This document shows positions 37,461 through 51,196 of a DNA stretch of 64,000 bases, piece by piece. A program made the translations under genes and the position numbers. Every line of letters starts with the position of its first letter. The stretch's first letter is position 1. The notes under the pieces were generated by a model. The model ran no database searches and was not told the origin of the DNA. It saw only the letters and a program-made list of their open reading frames with translations. Source of the DNA: Octopus vulgaris (lineage: Eukaryota); NCBI GenBank assembly GCA_951406725.2, contig OX597834.1, positions 18,786,001 to 18,850,000 on the forward strand, given 5' to 3'.

Positions 37461-38590
37461 GAAAAAGGAAAAAGCAGAAAGTAAATATTATAACGCATTT
37501 TAGTTTAGCCACCCACCTTATTACTAACTCCCACTGCACTCACCATCATAATCCTTATTTTTATATCCTTCTCTTTTTTCTAAACTGGCATAGATTTGAT
37601 GTGTCTTAAAATGTTTCAACTCTTATTGCAGTCTTTTGTCATTTGGGAACTTTATACCAGATTTTACAGCTGGATACCATTCTATTATCAACCTCTTTGT
37701 AGCTTGGCATTAGAGCAGCTATTTGTGGTAGGATTAAAAAGCCCACTATATCATTATCAGTCCTTATCTGGAGTTACTACCATCTTAGATCCATACAGTC
37801 AGGCTTGCAGAGTCTGCGTCTCTTTCATTTCTTGATTCTTAAAACAATTATTCTAATTCCAATTATAAAGTTAACTCCATTCCAGTTTTATAACTGACTG
37901 TGTAATATAAAGAAAAAAGTTTTTTAAAGCATTTTTTTTAAAAAACATTTACTCAAACTTTTTATGTAGAAATTGGAAATTTACATTCCCTTACTACCAT
38001 GTAAATATATAGAAATAAAGCTAAACAAATCTGCATCATTCAAATGTCCATCTAGGAAGTAACTGACATTCTGATAGTTTTAATTTGTTTTACGTAAAAC
38101 AACTACATCTTTCATTTTCCAGTGTTTATTTTATCTTTTGTTTTTTCAAGTAATGCCTGATGTTTATTATGTAACTGATAGATTTGTTGTCAAACTATAA
38201 CTTTGTTAGTCTCCTGTTTTAACCTCTCTGAAGCTCATTTATTTACATCCAAATGTCAACTCATTTGTCAAAGCTAATTTTTATAGTTGCTTTTATTATA
38301 TAAGCTGTGTGTGTGTGTAGTAAATATCTAAGCTGGTTGGTTGCAGAATTGATTGTATCTATGATAAAAACCACTGTTTTTACAGCATTTAACATTGTTA
38401 CTGAACAGCAAGCATTTAATGTCGGTTATATTCAAATTTTGCAATGATACATGGCAACCAAAAACCTTTTACATAGTCTTAATATAAATGTAAAAATTGC
38501 TTTAAAGAGTTTCATTCTGAAATATTCAGATATAATAGAATATAGAATTTTCAAAAAATTTAAATGAGATATGCCACCTTTCCTATAATA

Positions 38591-38803
38591 GGAGGGAGTG
38601 CTGAACGATTCCTGGCTTTAAGGGCATTGCAAAAGGCCTGGTTGGAGGTCTAACTTTCTGAGTTCTTTTGCAGGACTTAGACTGAGGGATTGCTACAATA
38701 AGTGTGTGAATTTGAGAGGTGAATATGCTGAATAAAATCATAATTAACTGATCCTCCTGTATTTTCTTTCACCCAAAGCCAGGAACATTTTAGCATTCTT
38801 TTT
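38591..38803 (+). mobile_element. mariner-derived MITE; second copy inverted at about 61921-62095
   Basis: Imperfect TIRs gtgctgaacgattcctggcttt and aaagccaggaacattttagcat. The internal CYNKCVNLRGEYAE* matches a mariner transposase C-terminus. Confidence 0.75.
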
Positions 38804-39226
38804 AGTATTCTTGTTTCAAGCAGTTCCATTTAATTGAACAATGCAGTCATTACATCAATTCAAATGCAGTGCTATCTTCAGCTGCACAAATAAATAAAAG
38901 GTTGTACTGCACCTATATTTGATATCCTGTTACTTATTTTGATTTTATTCACCTTACTTTGAGCTGTGTGGATTATACTGGACTGACTTGATGCTTCAAC
39001 TTAAGTACCTAATTCAACTGAATCTTTATATATATGTATATATACAGCAGTGATGATGGTTAATCATCTCATCCTGGTGGCATAGACAAGAATGCATATA
39101 TGCACCATGAAACCATATAAGAGGTTCTTTCGTATGGTTTTGTGTTCTAACACAATATCCAATTTTAAGTTATTTCTGTTGCTATTATATCATATTATAT
39201 GGTATCATATTAAATATATATATATA

Positions 39227-39738
39227 CTAGCAGTATCGCCCAGTGTTGCTCGGGTTTGTAAGGGAAATAACTATATAAGCATTTTTAGAGAGTTACTTCC
39301 CTTATAGATGCCAATTTGGGCTTTCTTAGCCATTTCTGTTTTGGTGTCTTCAAGCCATGAAGTTGTTGTTCTAAAAGAACGCTGGTCTCCTTGACAACGC
39401 TTTACGACGTTAATTTCCTTACACTCCCTTCCCCACAGCTTCACGAGGGAAGGAAGGGGGAGAAGCAAACAGGTGCAGCTGTGAGCGTAGACGCCAACTC
39501 CGCTGCCATCGACATACGATGCATTTTATGCATTAAAATGGAATAAAAAATGATGTTAAATTATTTTTAAAATCGTAGACTCATCGTTGACGCGCGCTAA
39601 TAGTCAGACGGGCTCGATATGAATCACGACTATAAGATACCCGAATTTGGTTAAACTGCACCGCAAAATGTGGGAGGAGTTAGGAATCTAAATCGAAGGG
39701 GACAGACACTCACACAACTAGAGTTTTATATATATAGA
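39227..39738 (-). mobile_element. Non-autonomous Helitron (same family as 25410-25922)
   Basis: Same 5' TC and 3' hairpin plus CTAG termini, with an A|T insertion site inside a (TA)n tract. Confidence 0.88.
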
Positions 39739-39964
39739 TATATATATATATATAAAACACAATAAGTCAGTTTGCAGTACCCCTTAATCAGACTGCTGGG
39801 TGCATGCATTTCAGAGTAGTTATCTGCTCTTCAGCAGCAGACCAGAAAGGCAAATGCTACTAACTGACACCAAAGACAGGTCCTTCCTCTGATATTCTCA
39901 TCATCATTCTATTACTAGATGCACTATTCAGGAGCTTACTGTAAGCAAAATATAAGGAAGGTGA

Positions 39965-39969
39965 CAGTG

Positions 39970-40005
<36 letters not shown>

Positions 40006-40065
40006 CATTATATATATATACAGTGCTTATATATATATATATAAGCATTATATATATATACAGTG

Positions 40066-40131
<66 letters not shown>

Positions 40132-40133
40132 TG

Positions 40134-40170
<37 letters not shown>

Positions 40171-40212
40171 TATATATATATACAGTGCTAATATATATAT
40201 ACATATATATAT
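39965..40212. repeat. (TA)n tract punctuated by repeated cagtgct/aagcat units
   Basis: Directly visible. Confidence 0.9.
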
Positions 40213-40884
40213 AAATAAATTTCAATTGGTTTGCATATCAATGGGGGATAGTTTTTTATGTTACTTCTCTTAGGTTTTGTCAGCATTTGTCATGTTTCTC
40301 ATCATTTGTGGCTCTTTGCTTGGTAGTCAGGAACATTTTGCATGCACTATTCTCACAATGATACAGATAGGCAGTGTTTGTTCAAATATCCTGAGGCTAA
40401 ACACTCTCCTGATTGTTTTTACTACAGATGATATCATTCTTTAACATTAATAGCATTATTTATCTGGATGTTACAGCTATAATAGCTCTAATATACATTA
40501 TTGTAATTACATAGTTTTTTTTTTCTTTTCCATTTCTAGCTTTGTATCCTTATTTACTGTTGTTGCAAACATTCTTATGTAATAGAGATGGATAAGACAT
40601 TGAGCTGTGGCAGCTATGTGATATAGCATTATTTCTTTATATAATGCAGTATAATACATTGTAGTGTCGAAGTTTAATACAGTGCAGTGTAGTCTAAATG
40701 CGATGTGTTGCAGTGATTGAAATAGTTCTATTATTTTCATGCTTCAAATGAATGTTTTTATCTTACGGCTGCAGCTCATTCCAATAATTCCATATTAATT
40801 GTTTGTCTTGTTCTGTTTCATAGAAGTTCAGCTTTCGCTTGGTATTGCATGTAGGCAGAACCGAACATCCCACCCAACAATTAC

Positions 40885-41540
<656 letters not shown>

Positions 41541-44387
41541 GTTCTGCCTGTGCAGTATCAATCATTTTAGAAGAGATAAGCTGGTTTACAATGCTTGCTC
41601 TTCTGCTGCAGTCTACAATGTCTTGCTTTCTCCTTTTCTCTGCTTCTTCTCCTCCTACTCTCCTATCCTCATTAATACATCTGTTGTCAGCAGTGAAAGT
41701 GCCATCCAGCTATAAAAACATTTTGGTTCTGTTATACACAGGCTTTCCAACAAACACAACACATTGTCATCACACTTCTTTACAACTGATAAAGTTGTCA
41801 CTCGTCAATCCATCCATCAATAACATACTGCTGCTGATGACGTAAAATTATTTCTAATTATTATGTTTAAAATGCAGAAACAACAGCTATTGTTTTGTAA
41901 CAAAAAAAGAAATGTAAATAAAGGAGAGAATAATTGAAATTTTCTCATAAGCCAAACAAGCTCCTAAATCAAAACCATTATAATGTGCTTTACTCTTTGT
42001 TAGTATCAGTCTTTTCACTCTTAATTCTTAATCCTATTTCATGTTGGCTAATTAGATTGAACTATTTGAATTAATTTCTTATCACAAATATAATTGAAAA
42101 GTTACAAGTAAATTTTGTTGAAATGCAATGATTTTATTTCGGTTGAGTTACCAAGCGAGGCGCTGAGGTGTTTCTGATTAAAACCAAATCTACTTTGTTT
42201 GTTGCTTTTTTTTAATCATTAAACAAAGATGTGATAGTTAATTGGTGAAAGTGTTCAGTTTATGATAGAAAAATCAGGTTTTGAAGTATAATCTCATATC
42301 TTGTGTTAAATCAGAGTCCAAAACTATATTTGGTACAATCTACTATGTTGTATATCACCATACCAGATGACTGTGGAGACACGTGACTTAGTAGTTTGGG
42401 TGTTAGATTCACTACTGTAAGATTGTGGTTTCAATTCCTAGACTGGGTGATGCACTGTGTTCTTGAGCAAAACACTTTATTTCACATTGCTCCAGTCCAC
42501 TCAGCTGGTAAAAAGGAGTAACTTTGCAATGGACAGGTGTCTCATCCAGGGAGGAATTATATACATGAGAAAAACTGGGAAACTGGCCCAGAGTAATGTG
42601 GACTAACCATAGTAGATGAGTGATTTACTATAGATGTATAACTGCTAGAACTGATGTTTACGGGTGAAACATTCGGTGCAACCTATGATTCTGTGGCTTT
42701 AACCATGTCAATCTAAATTTCATCCTTTAAAGATGAATAATAAAGGCATCAGATAAGCAAAAAATAAGATAAGTTTTATGTATGAATATTTGACATAGCA
42801 ACTCGTTAGGTTTCACTGAAAAAGTAGCAATTGAATTGCCTTTGGATAGCAATTAATAAGAAAATGATTCAAAAGTAAAGAAGTGTTTTATAAAGAAATA
42901 TAATTTGTGTTGTGATGAAGAGGGGATTTAGAAGGATTACTGGTTTAAGTGGGCTTTGGAAATGATGTTAAATTTATTCTCTTTGAGAAGAATATCATTC
43001 CAAAATAATGACTTGCTTTTGAATGTCCCCAAGTTCCAGTCATTCTTTTTTAAGGGAGTTAATATGATTAATGGAATAAAGCTTAGTTTTGTACAGGTGC
43101 AAATTTTTACAATTGAAGTTTAATGATTCATGATGAGCAACGTAGTCTTTATTGAGTCTTCACATAGAATAGTGGAGATTGAACTTTGGGTACTGCATAA
43201 AATCGTCTTGTCCTGGGCTAGATATTAAATTGCATCTGGTCGTGAGGTTCCAGCCTGAGATTTCAGTAATTTTAGAGAGAATGGAACTACCCCTTAATCA
43301 CTATTACTTTCAGGTCTGCTCTGGCCCAGAGTCACAGAGCTATCAAGAGCACTAGCTATGAGTCAGTTACCAGAAGATGATCCTCTGGTTGGGGTATACA
43401 AAACTTAGAGGAAGGCTGGTCTTTAGACATGTCACTCAGGCCAGCTGTTGTCTGGACTTACTCTGATATGGTTGGACATACTCTGATAAGGGTGCACAAG
43501 TCTTACACCTCAAGAATATGCTCAAAAAAGTAGAAAACTAGCAGAGTGAATTGCAAATAAACAGGCAGAAGGATATTAGAAATAACTGCTGTTACCTTTT
43601 CTGAGAGAAATCCTGAATCTTCAAATTTTGGCATGGGGTACCATAATTGCCCCCAGCTGTAGGCATGACACATGAAGAGAGATGCTATTTTAAGACTGTC
43701 ATATCTGCTTGTCAATAATAACAAATAAATTCTAAGAAAGATGTCTGAGTTTATAAATTTTCAAAGTATTTATACATTGATAAACTCCTTATTCAATGGT
43801 TAACGGATAAACTTACCTTTCTAAAAATATTGATCCTTAGCTGACTGAGCTGAAAGGATATCACTGAAGACTAGGGAACGTACATTAGGCATTTCTTAAC
43901 TTTTCCAGGGTTAAGAAAAGATTTGAGTTAAGATGTGAAAGCTGTTATAAAGAAACCTGTTAGGTCAAACTGTAAACTGGCATGGTATCTATTTGTCTAT
44001 TTACAGCTGGGCCATCAAGAATTAAGTGACTTTATTTAGAACACATCACAGCACCTGAGAAGGGAAACAAACTATTAAACTTCCAGCCATTCAACCATCT
44101 GTTTCATATTTATATTGTCCAGAGCTGTTCTATAAATTAAGGTTTTTACAGGAATTATAAAAGCTAAACTTTAATCTTGACACTTCACCATTGATTAAGT
44201 AGTAATGGCTGCTACTTTTAATTACTTTTGATGAGGCAAGTAACTAAAACCTGTTTAAGGAAATAAATACAAGTTGGTCTTTGATCTGTTTCTGTGTGTG
44301 TTTTTGTGTGAATTATACACGTATGTGTGTGTATATATATAGATGTTATGTGTGTGTATATATGTTTTTGTGTGTATTATATACGTC

Positions 44388-44436
<49 letters not shown>

Positions 44437-44528
44437 ATGTGTGTGTACATAGGTCTTTTTTAAGTGTGTCTATACAACTCTCTATATTTCCTTTTGCTAT
44501 TTGATTTCTTTTCTTATTCAATATTCTT

Positions 44529-44571
<43 letters not shown>

Positions 44572-44620
44572 ATATAGAAACTCACACTTAATTTCATATT
44601 TCTCTAGTGTGTTTGTGATT

Positions 44621-44860
44621 ATGCGAACACTGTTCGAAAATAATTGTTCGGAAACAATTACTTGCAAAACATTTATGAAAAATTGTATGAAAGAAAATTA
44701 TTCAAAAGGACAATTATAGGAAATGTTAATTATTCTAAAATCTTTATTTTATTTAAACAAAAACGATAAAATTAAAAATCAAGTACACAAATGATATTTA
44801 TTTCAAATAACTGTTTTCGAATAACTGTTTTTTGAACAATTATTTTCAAACAGTTTTCAT
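44621..44860. mobile_element. Foldback/MITE-like element with ~58-bp imperfect, internally repetitive inverted ends
   Basis: atgcgaacactgttcgaaaataattgttcggaaacaatta... aligns with the reverse complement of 44801-44860 (atgaaaactgtttgaaaataattgttcaaaaaacagtta...). Confidence 0.6.
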
Positions 44861-45314
44861 GATATAGTGCTTTTTATCAAGATGGGAATAGTTTTGCTTT
44901 TGACATAAATTGTGCTTAGAAAAATACATAAGTGCAGGCATAGCTGTGTGGTTAAGAAGCTGGCTTGGTAACCATGTGGTTTCAAGTTCAGTCCCGCTGG
45001 GCAGCACCTTGGACATATGTTTTCTATATTCTCAGGCCAACTAATGCTTTGTGGGTGAATTGGGTAGACTAAAACTGTAAGAAGCCTGTCATGTGTCTGT
45101 ATCAGGTATGTGATGTTGACAAGCTACAAAAATAGTAAGACATTGATGTTCATCACTCCTGGATGAGATTGAGGGTGAGTTGTCTTGTCTGACCATGAAT
45201 CTAAGGAGTTTTTACCCCAGGCACTTTGAACGGGTATTCTCCACTACGTCAATAGCAGCTTACCAGCAAATACATAGAGCATATGTGTTAAGTATATATG
45301 ATTGTTAATATATA

Positions 45315-45930
45315 TCATCATCATCATCATTTAACGTCCGTTCTCCATGCTAGCATGGGTTGGACGGTTTGACTGGGGATCTGGGAAGCCAGAAGGCTGC
45401 ACCAGGCTCCGGTCTTATCTGGCAATGTTTCTACAGCTGGATGCCCTTCCTAACACCAACCACTCCGTGAGTGTAGTGGGTGCTTTTTACGTGCCACCTG
45501 CACTTGTGCCAGGTGAGGCTGGCATCGGCCACGGTTGGATTGGTGCATTTTACGTGCCAACTGCACGGAAGCCAGTCGAGGCGGCACTGGCTTCAGCCAC
45601 GATTCGGATGGTGCTTTTTATGTGCCAATTACTTGGTGACCCTGCTGGTGCTACATAAAAGGCATCCAGTCTACACTGTGAAGTGATTGACATTTGGAAG
45701 GGCATCCAGCCATAAAAATCATGCCAAAACTGACCTCACCTGTGCTGGTGCCATGTAAAAAGCACTCAGTCTACTTTGCAGGGCAGGTGATTTTAGGAAA
45801 GGCATCTAGCTGTAAAAATCATGCCAAAACAGACACAGAAGCTTGGTATAATCTGTCTGGCTGGCTGGCTCCTGTCAAACCATCCAACCCATGCTGACAT
45901 GAAAAGTGGATGTTAAACAATAATGATTAT
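45315..45930. mobile_element. Two RTE 3'-end copies back to back in inverted orientation (45315-45630 -, 45640-45930 +)
   Basis: (CAT)n and ttaacgtcc at the left end; ccaacccatgctgacatgaaaagtggatgttaaac at the right end. Confidence 0.8.
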
Positions 45931-46057
45931 GATATATATATATATACATACACACACATATATTTGTGTTTGTATAGTGTTTGTCTCCACCCTGCTGTTT
46001 GATGAGTGATGTTGGCTTGCTTATGTCCCCATAACTTAGTGGTTTGGCAAAAGATCC

Positions 46058-46459
46058 GGATCTTTTCGGTTTGAACGGCAGTTTTTCTAGCGGTGTCATA
46101 TGAAATTGTCACCCATAATTATGACCCTAGTATCAATCTATTGCATTTCAATCTGTGTTAGGGTTAGGGGGAAGGGTATCTTTTTTTCTTCAGAAATGTA
46201 AATAAACCCAATCTGTTTCTAAAACGAGAGACATATTCATACGGCACAATGTTTTCACCCCAATAGACGTCATTGATTGGTTGAAATTGCAGAAATTGAA
46301 GAAAAAAAACAACAAATATCTTACAAACTATAGAATTTTCTCAATAAAGCCAAGAAAAAAAGATGTTTTATAAACACATTCTACCAGTATACGAAGTTTA
46401 AAAGTGTTTAGTTACTTGGAAATTATTTTAAAAAACTGCCGTTCAAACCGAAAAGATCC
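46058..46459. mobile_element. MITE with perfect 29-bp TIRs and probable 8-bp TSD, inserted in a family A SINE tail
   Basis: TIRs ggatcttttcggtttgaacggcagttttt and aaaaactgccgttcaaaccgaaaagatcc. Flanks are aaagatcc (46050-46057) and aaagatct (46460-46467). Superfamily uncertain (Merlin, hAT or P). Confidence 0.88.
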
Positions 46460-47359
46460 AAAGATCTTGTTAGAATAAGTACCAGACTTGAAAAATAAGT
46501 AATGACATCCATTTGTTTGACTAGACTCTTCAAGACAATGCCCCAGCATGGCTGCAGTCCAATGACTGAAAAAAGAAAAAGATAAAAAGATACCCTATCT
46601 TGGACAGAAATTGGTTGTTAATTGCTAAATACCTGCAATTTAAAATAATAAAAAAATATATATTCGGTATCCATGTCATTCAAGTTTTTGATCTGTATCA
46701 GCTTAATGCTATATCCAGAAACAATTTACTGATTTATAGCTGTAAAAGAAAACAACTAGAAACAGTTGAATGTCAATGTATAAACGTATGTCACGAAGGA
46801 AAGGATTAGGTATTGATGTTTCAGAAAATATGCTCTTTGTCAAGATAGATAAGTGGAGAAGAGAAGGAGAAAATATACAGCTTGAGAATGATAAATGTGT
46901 GTGTGTGTCTGTGTGTGTTTACACATGTTGAGTGAATAATAGCAAGATAGAAGCTTTATACTACATCAAACAACATAATGAGAATTGCTATAAATCTAAG
47001 AACAACTGTATACATACTGTCAGCAAAATTAAAAATGGATGGAAAAAAAATACTTCATTTATAAATAAACTAGATCACACACACACATACACATTTAAGT
47101 GTATAACTAACTATATAAGTGAATTGTGTAATAAATAGGCTCATTATTCACAGATGGATGAATTTGTACTTGTATACGGTTATGAGTAGCTGCTAAGTAT
47201 AATCTAAATTACCAATTTGTTAGTTACTAAATATATGCTCAATCAGACTACATACGATTGTAGTTAGTAAGTATATGGATTATATCACAATTGAGTTTGT
47301 TTACACTAATTCCTCAGTCACTCTGGTGCACTAAATGAAGTAACAGCTAAGGTAATCAG

Positions 47360-47477
47360 TGTGTGTATATATATGTGTGTGTGCATGTATATATTTACAT
47401 ATATATATATATATACATACATATATATATACACACACACACACACATACATATATATATACACACACACACACACA

Positions 47478-47517
<40 letters not shown>

Positions 47518-47535
47518 CACACACACACACACGCA

Positions 47536-47569
<34 letters not shown>

Positions 47570-47773
47570 ACAGACAAACAGATTAAATCGATTACATCGA
47601 CCCCAGTGCGTAACTGGTACTTAATTTATCGACCCCGAAAGGATGAAAGGCAAAGTCGACCTCAGCGGAACTTGAACCCAGAACGTAATGGCAGACGAAA
47701 TACGGCTACGCATTTCGCCCGGCATGCTAACGTTTCTGCCAGCCTGCCGCCTTTCTGCCAGCCCGCCGCCTTG

Positions 47774-47815
<42 letters not shown>

Positions 47816-47860
47816 CATATATATATACACACACACATATATATATACACACACACACAG
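47360..47860. repeat. (TA)n/(CA)n tract containing a family B SINE (47567-47772, -)
   Basis: Directly visible. Confidence 0.9.
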
Positions 47861-48320
47861 GTGTTAGAACACCTACAATGCTAGAAATAAGAGTTAAAGT
47901 GCTCTGATGCTGCAGTCAATGCATCTAATTGTATACATACATACTGAGAGTATACTGTCTGTATGTATGTCATTGCCCGGTCTAGGAATTGAAACCTCTA
48001 TCTTACGATCATGAGTCCAACACCCTAACACTCAACCACATGACTCCTGTAGTGAATTTCTGTCACCCAGTGACATTTAACAACCTTTTTAATGTTGACA
48101 CAAATTTTACAGCCTGCTACCTTTTCTACAGATATTCTGGAAGGGCTGTAACTACGAGGAACAACTGATGCACAGTAAAGGTTACATGTTAGTCATGCTC
48201 CCAGTCTATGCATCAAAATAATAAAAGGGCTCATTATTTACATATGGGAAAATTTGTACTTGGATAAGGTTATGAGTAGGTGATGGGTATAATGTAAATT
48301 ACTAATTTGTAAGTTAATAA

Positions 48321-48710
48321 ATGGATGGAAGCACTCCGTCGGTTACGACAACGAGGGTTCCGGTTGATCCAAATCAATGGAACAGCCTGCTCGTGAAATT
48401 AACGTGTAAGTGGCTGAGCACTCCACAGACACGTGCACCCTTAACATAGTTCTCGGGGATATTCAGCATGACACAGAGAGTGACAAGGTCGGCCCTTTGA
48501 AATACAGGTACAACAGAAACAGGAAGTAAGAGTGAGAGAAAGTTGTGGTGAAAGAGTACAGCAGGGATCACCACCATCCCCTGCCGGAGCCTCGTGGAGC
48601 TTTAGGTGTTTTCGCTCAATAAACACTCACAACGCCCGGTCTGGGAATTGAAACCACGATCCTATGACCGCGAGTCCGCTGCCCTAACCACTGGGCCATT
48701 GCGCCTCCAC
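48321..48710 (-). mobile_element. Full-length tRNA(Arg)-like SINE (OR-type) with 10-bp TSD
   Basis: Head (rc) gtggaggcgcaatggcccagtggttagggcagcggactcgcggtc...ggtttcaattccc. taagttaata occurs at 48310-48319 and 48711-48720. Confidence 0.9.
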
Positions 48711-48808
48711 TAAGTTAATAGATATATACTCCATCAAACTACATAACATTGTAGTTAGAAAGTATATAGACTACATCACAATTCTGTCTGTTCAGTAGAT
48801 GTGTTATA

Positions 48809-49016
48809 CCCAGTCCATGCAGCAAAGTGGTTGGTGTTAGAAAGAGTAGCTTGCAGTAGAATTTGTAAGACACAGTATTGATCTATAAGCCTTTACTTGG
48901 TAGTATATTATGGTTACAAAGCAAAATATGGGGTCTCCACCAGTAGTTAATTACTAAATTACTAATATTGTAGCTGTTACAACTATTACCGACCACTTTA
49001 CTGCATGGACTTGGGG
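48809..49016. mobile_element. MITE-like element with ~27-bp imperfect TIRs
   Basis: cccagtccatgcagcaaagtggttggt and accgaccactttactgcatggacttgggg. Confidence 0.7.
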
Positions 49017-49184
49017 CAGGATTGAAGTGTCACCTCTACTGTTTGTTGGCAGTTTTTATTCAGAGTTACTGCCCTCCAAGACAAGTTACTTGCATTGCAG
49101 CTTATAGAGACTATGTTTGCTTCAATTGTTATTTTCTTTTCATTTTCTTTGTTTTTGCATTGTTTTTATAGCTTGATACCTCAA

Positions 49185-49525
49185 CTCTTTTGTTGCCATA
49201 TTTCTGATAAGATGCTCTGTGTTTCTTTCAATTAATTTTAAATATAGCAAAGAATTTAGTAAAATAACTTAGTTATCGTTAACCCTTTGAGCCCTGACCT
49301 CCTGGACCTTATTTCACCATATACCTAGCACTCCACTGGTGCTATAGTAGAGAAAAATAAGCCATCCACCAGTAAACTGATGTTATGGCTCAAAGGGTTA
49401 TGCTAGTGTTAGGAACGTAAATTGTGACTAAGGTTTGGTAGATTTTAATTCAGAACTTTTGAAAACAAGACATTTGTACTTCAGAGCCAGAGGCAGTTTC
49501 AGACAGGTTGGTATCGAAAGGGGTA
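49185..49525. mobile_element. piggyBac MITE family 1 with a third piggyBac-type MITE (49283-49397) nested at its internal TTAA
   Basis: The inner element reads TTAA-ccctttgagcc...ggctcaaaggg-TTAT. The outer parts match 52413-52634. Confidence 0.82.
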
Positions 49526-49747
49526 ATGAGAGTCCCTGCCATTTTGGAGAGGTTATGTATGCTGTGTGCTGGAGTAAAAGTTGTCACTATTGGCGTTGAG
49601 AAAAAAAGGGATGGAATATAAATTTGGATTTGAGGAAGTTTGAACTTAGAAAAAATTAGTTACATAAAGCATAATCTCTATATCGTTCCACTCTCTTGGT
49701 TACCTTTGCTACCTGTCTGATTATTATTAAATATCTGTGATACAATC

Positions 49748-50032
49748 TTTCATCTTTACTTGTTTCAGTCATTAGATGGCAGCCATGCTGGGGCACCACC
49801 TTGAAGAATTTTATTTGTATGCATCAACTTCCGTGCTTAATTTTCCTTTTTTCTAAGTCTGATACTTATTCTATCTTATTTTTTGATACTTATTTTTTGC
49901 TGAATCCCCAAGTTATGGGAATGTAAACACACTAGCACCAGTTGTTAAGCTGTGGTGGAAGACAAACATAGACACAAAGATGAACACACAAATGCGTGTG
50001 TATATATATACACACAAAGATAAATGCACAAA

Positions 50033-50065
<33 letters not shown>

Positions 50066-50193
50066 GTCCCTTTCTGTAGAAGAGCGTAGGCTCAAAATGT
50101 AAAAGACTTTTTCTATTCCTGAGCGTTATACTAATACATCTGTTTGTTTTGTACACCACCTGTCTTCATCTTTTGATTTTTTTCGTAAACTCT

Positions 50194-50236
<43 letters not shown>

Positions 50237-50480
50237 GGTTTGATAATTGCTGATGCACGAAACTATCAGACCTTGAGTTACTCTGTTGCTTCTGCTAAAT
50301 ATCAGAATGTAATATATGACGAGCTTCTTTCAGTTTCCATCTACCAAATCCACTCACAAGGGTTATGGTCAGTCCGAGGCAATAGTACAAAACACTTGCC
50401 CACAGTGCAATGCAGTGGGACTGAACCCAGAACCATGTGGTTGGAAAACAGGCTTTTTAGCACACAGCTATGCCAGCACC
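49748..50480 (-). mobile_element. Diverged SINE family A with a PLE-like insert (about 50065-50197) in its internal microsatellite
   Basis: Tail at 49748-49990 and head at 50320-50480. Confidence 0.75.
50070..50105 (+). ncRNA. Degenerate minimal hammerhead motif
   Basis: cttt-CTGTAGA-a-gagc gtag gctc-AAAATGTA-aaag. Helices I and II are intact, and the GAAACGUA deviations are CpG-type transitions. Confidence 0.45.
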
Positions 50481-50743
50481 TACAATTAAACTACTTTTTA
50501 TTATATTTTTTATGTGAAAACAATCACCTAAAGCAAGTTCCTATGCAGCATTAAAAGATTAAGAATGAGATTAGAGATGTCCATTTACTTGGAAATAATT
50601 AATACTGAATGGAGAAAAATAAAAGCTGGAAGGGAACTATTTTAGAAAAAAAAAATTTACTTGATATTTTTGGTCAGTTCATTAACATTTAAAAAAAAAT
50701 GTAGTTTCATTGAAATAGAAGTCATGTCTATATTTTCCACTGT

Positions 50744-50843
50744 TTGAGTAGATAGCCTTCCCATTGAGTAGATAGCCTTCCCATTGAGTTGATAGCCTTC
50801 TCATTGAGTTGATAGCCTTCCCATTGAGCTGATAGCCTTCCCA
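50744..50843. repeat. Minisatellite, 5 x 20 bp (ttgagtagatagccttccca)
   Basis: Directly visible. Confidence 0.95.
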
Positions 50844-51196
50844 TTCGTCTATCACAGACTGAACATCAATTTTTAGTAGATTTTAAATGATTTTATAAAA
50901 TAATCATATACACTCTAATAGTTACAAGGAGGATGACTGGAGGTGGGGAGTAGTAGAGGAACATGAAATGATATTAGATGAGGTGAGATGAATTGTTAAT
51001 GGGGATGTAAGGTGTTACGATTCAGGTAAGAAAGGCAGAAAATGTCAAGTGTGCTATCAGCTTCTTAAGGTCAAGTGAGGGAGTCAAGCAGGCATTGTGA
51101 CACAGGCTGAAATATGACTATCAGGTTACAAACAGATAAATAATGAATAAAATGAATGAATGAATAAATATATAAATAAATAAATAAATAAAATAT

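Noticed and set aside
43817-43849. Possible 33-nt minus-strand microexon (LSQLRINIFRK, AAG/GTAAGT donor)
   Set aside because: There is no homology or partner exon, so it is indistinguishable from chance.
46157-46170. Interstitial telomere
   Set aside because: Only two TTAGGG units, internal to a MITE.
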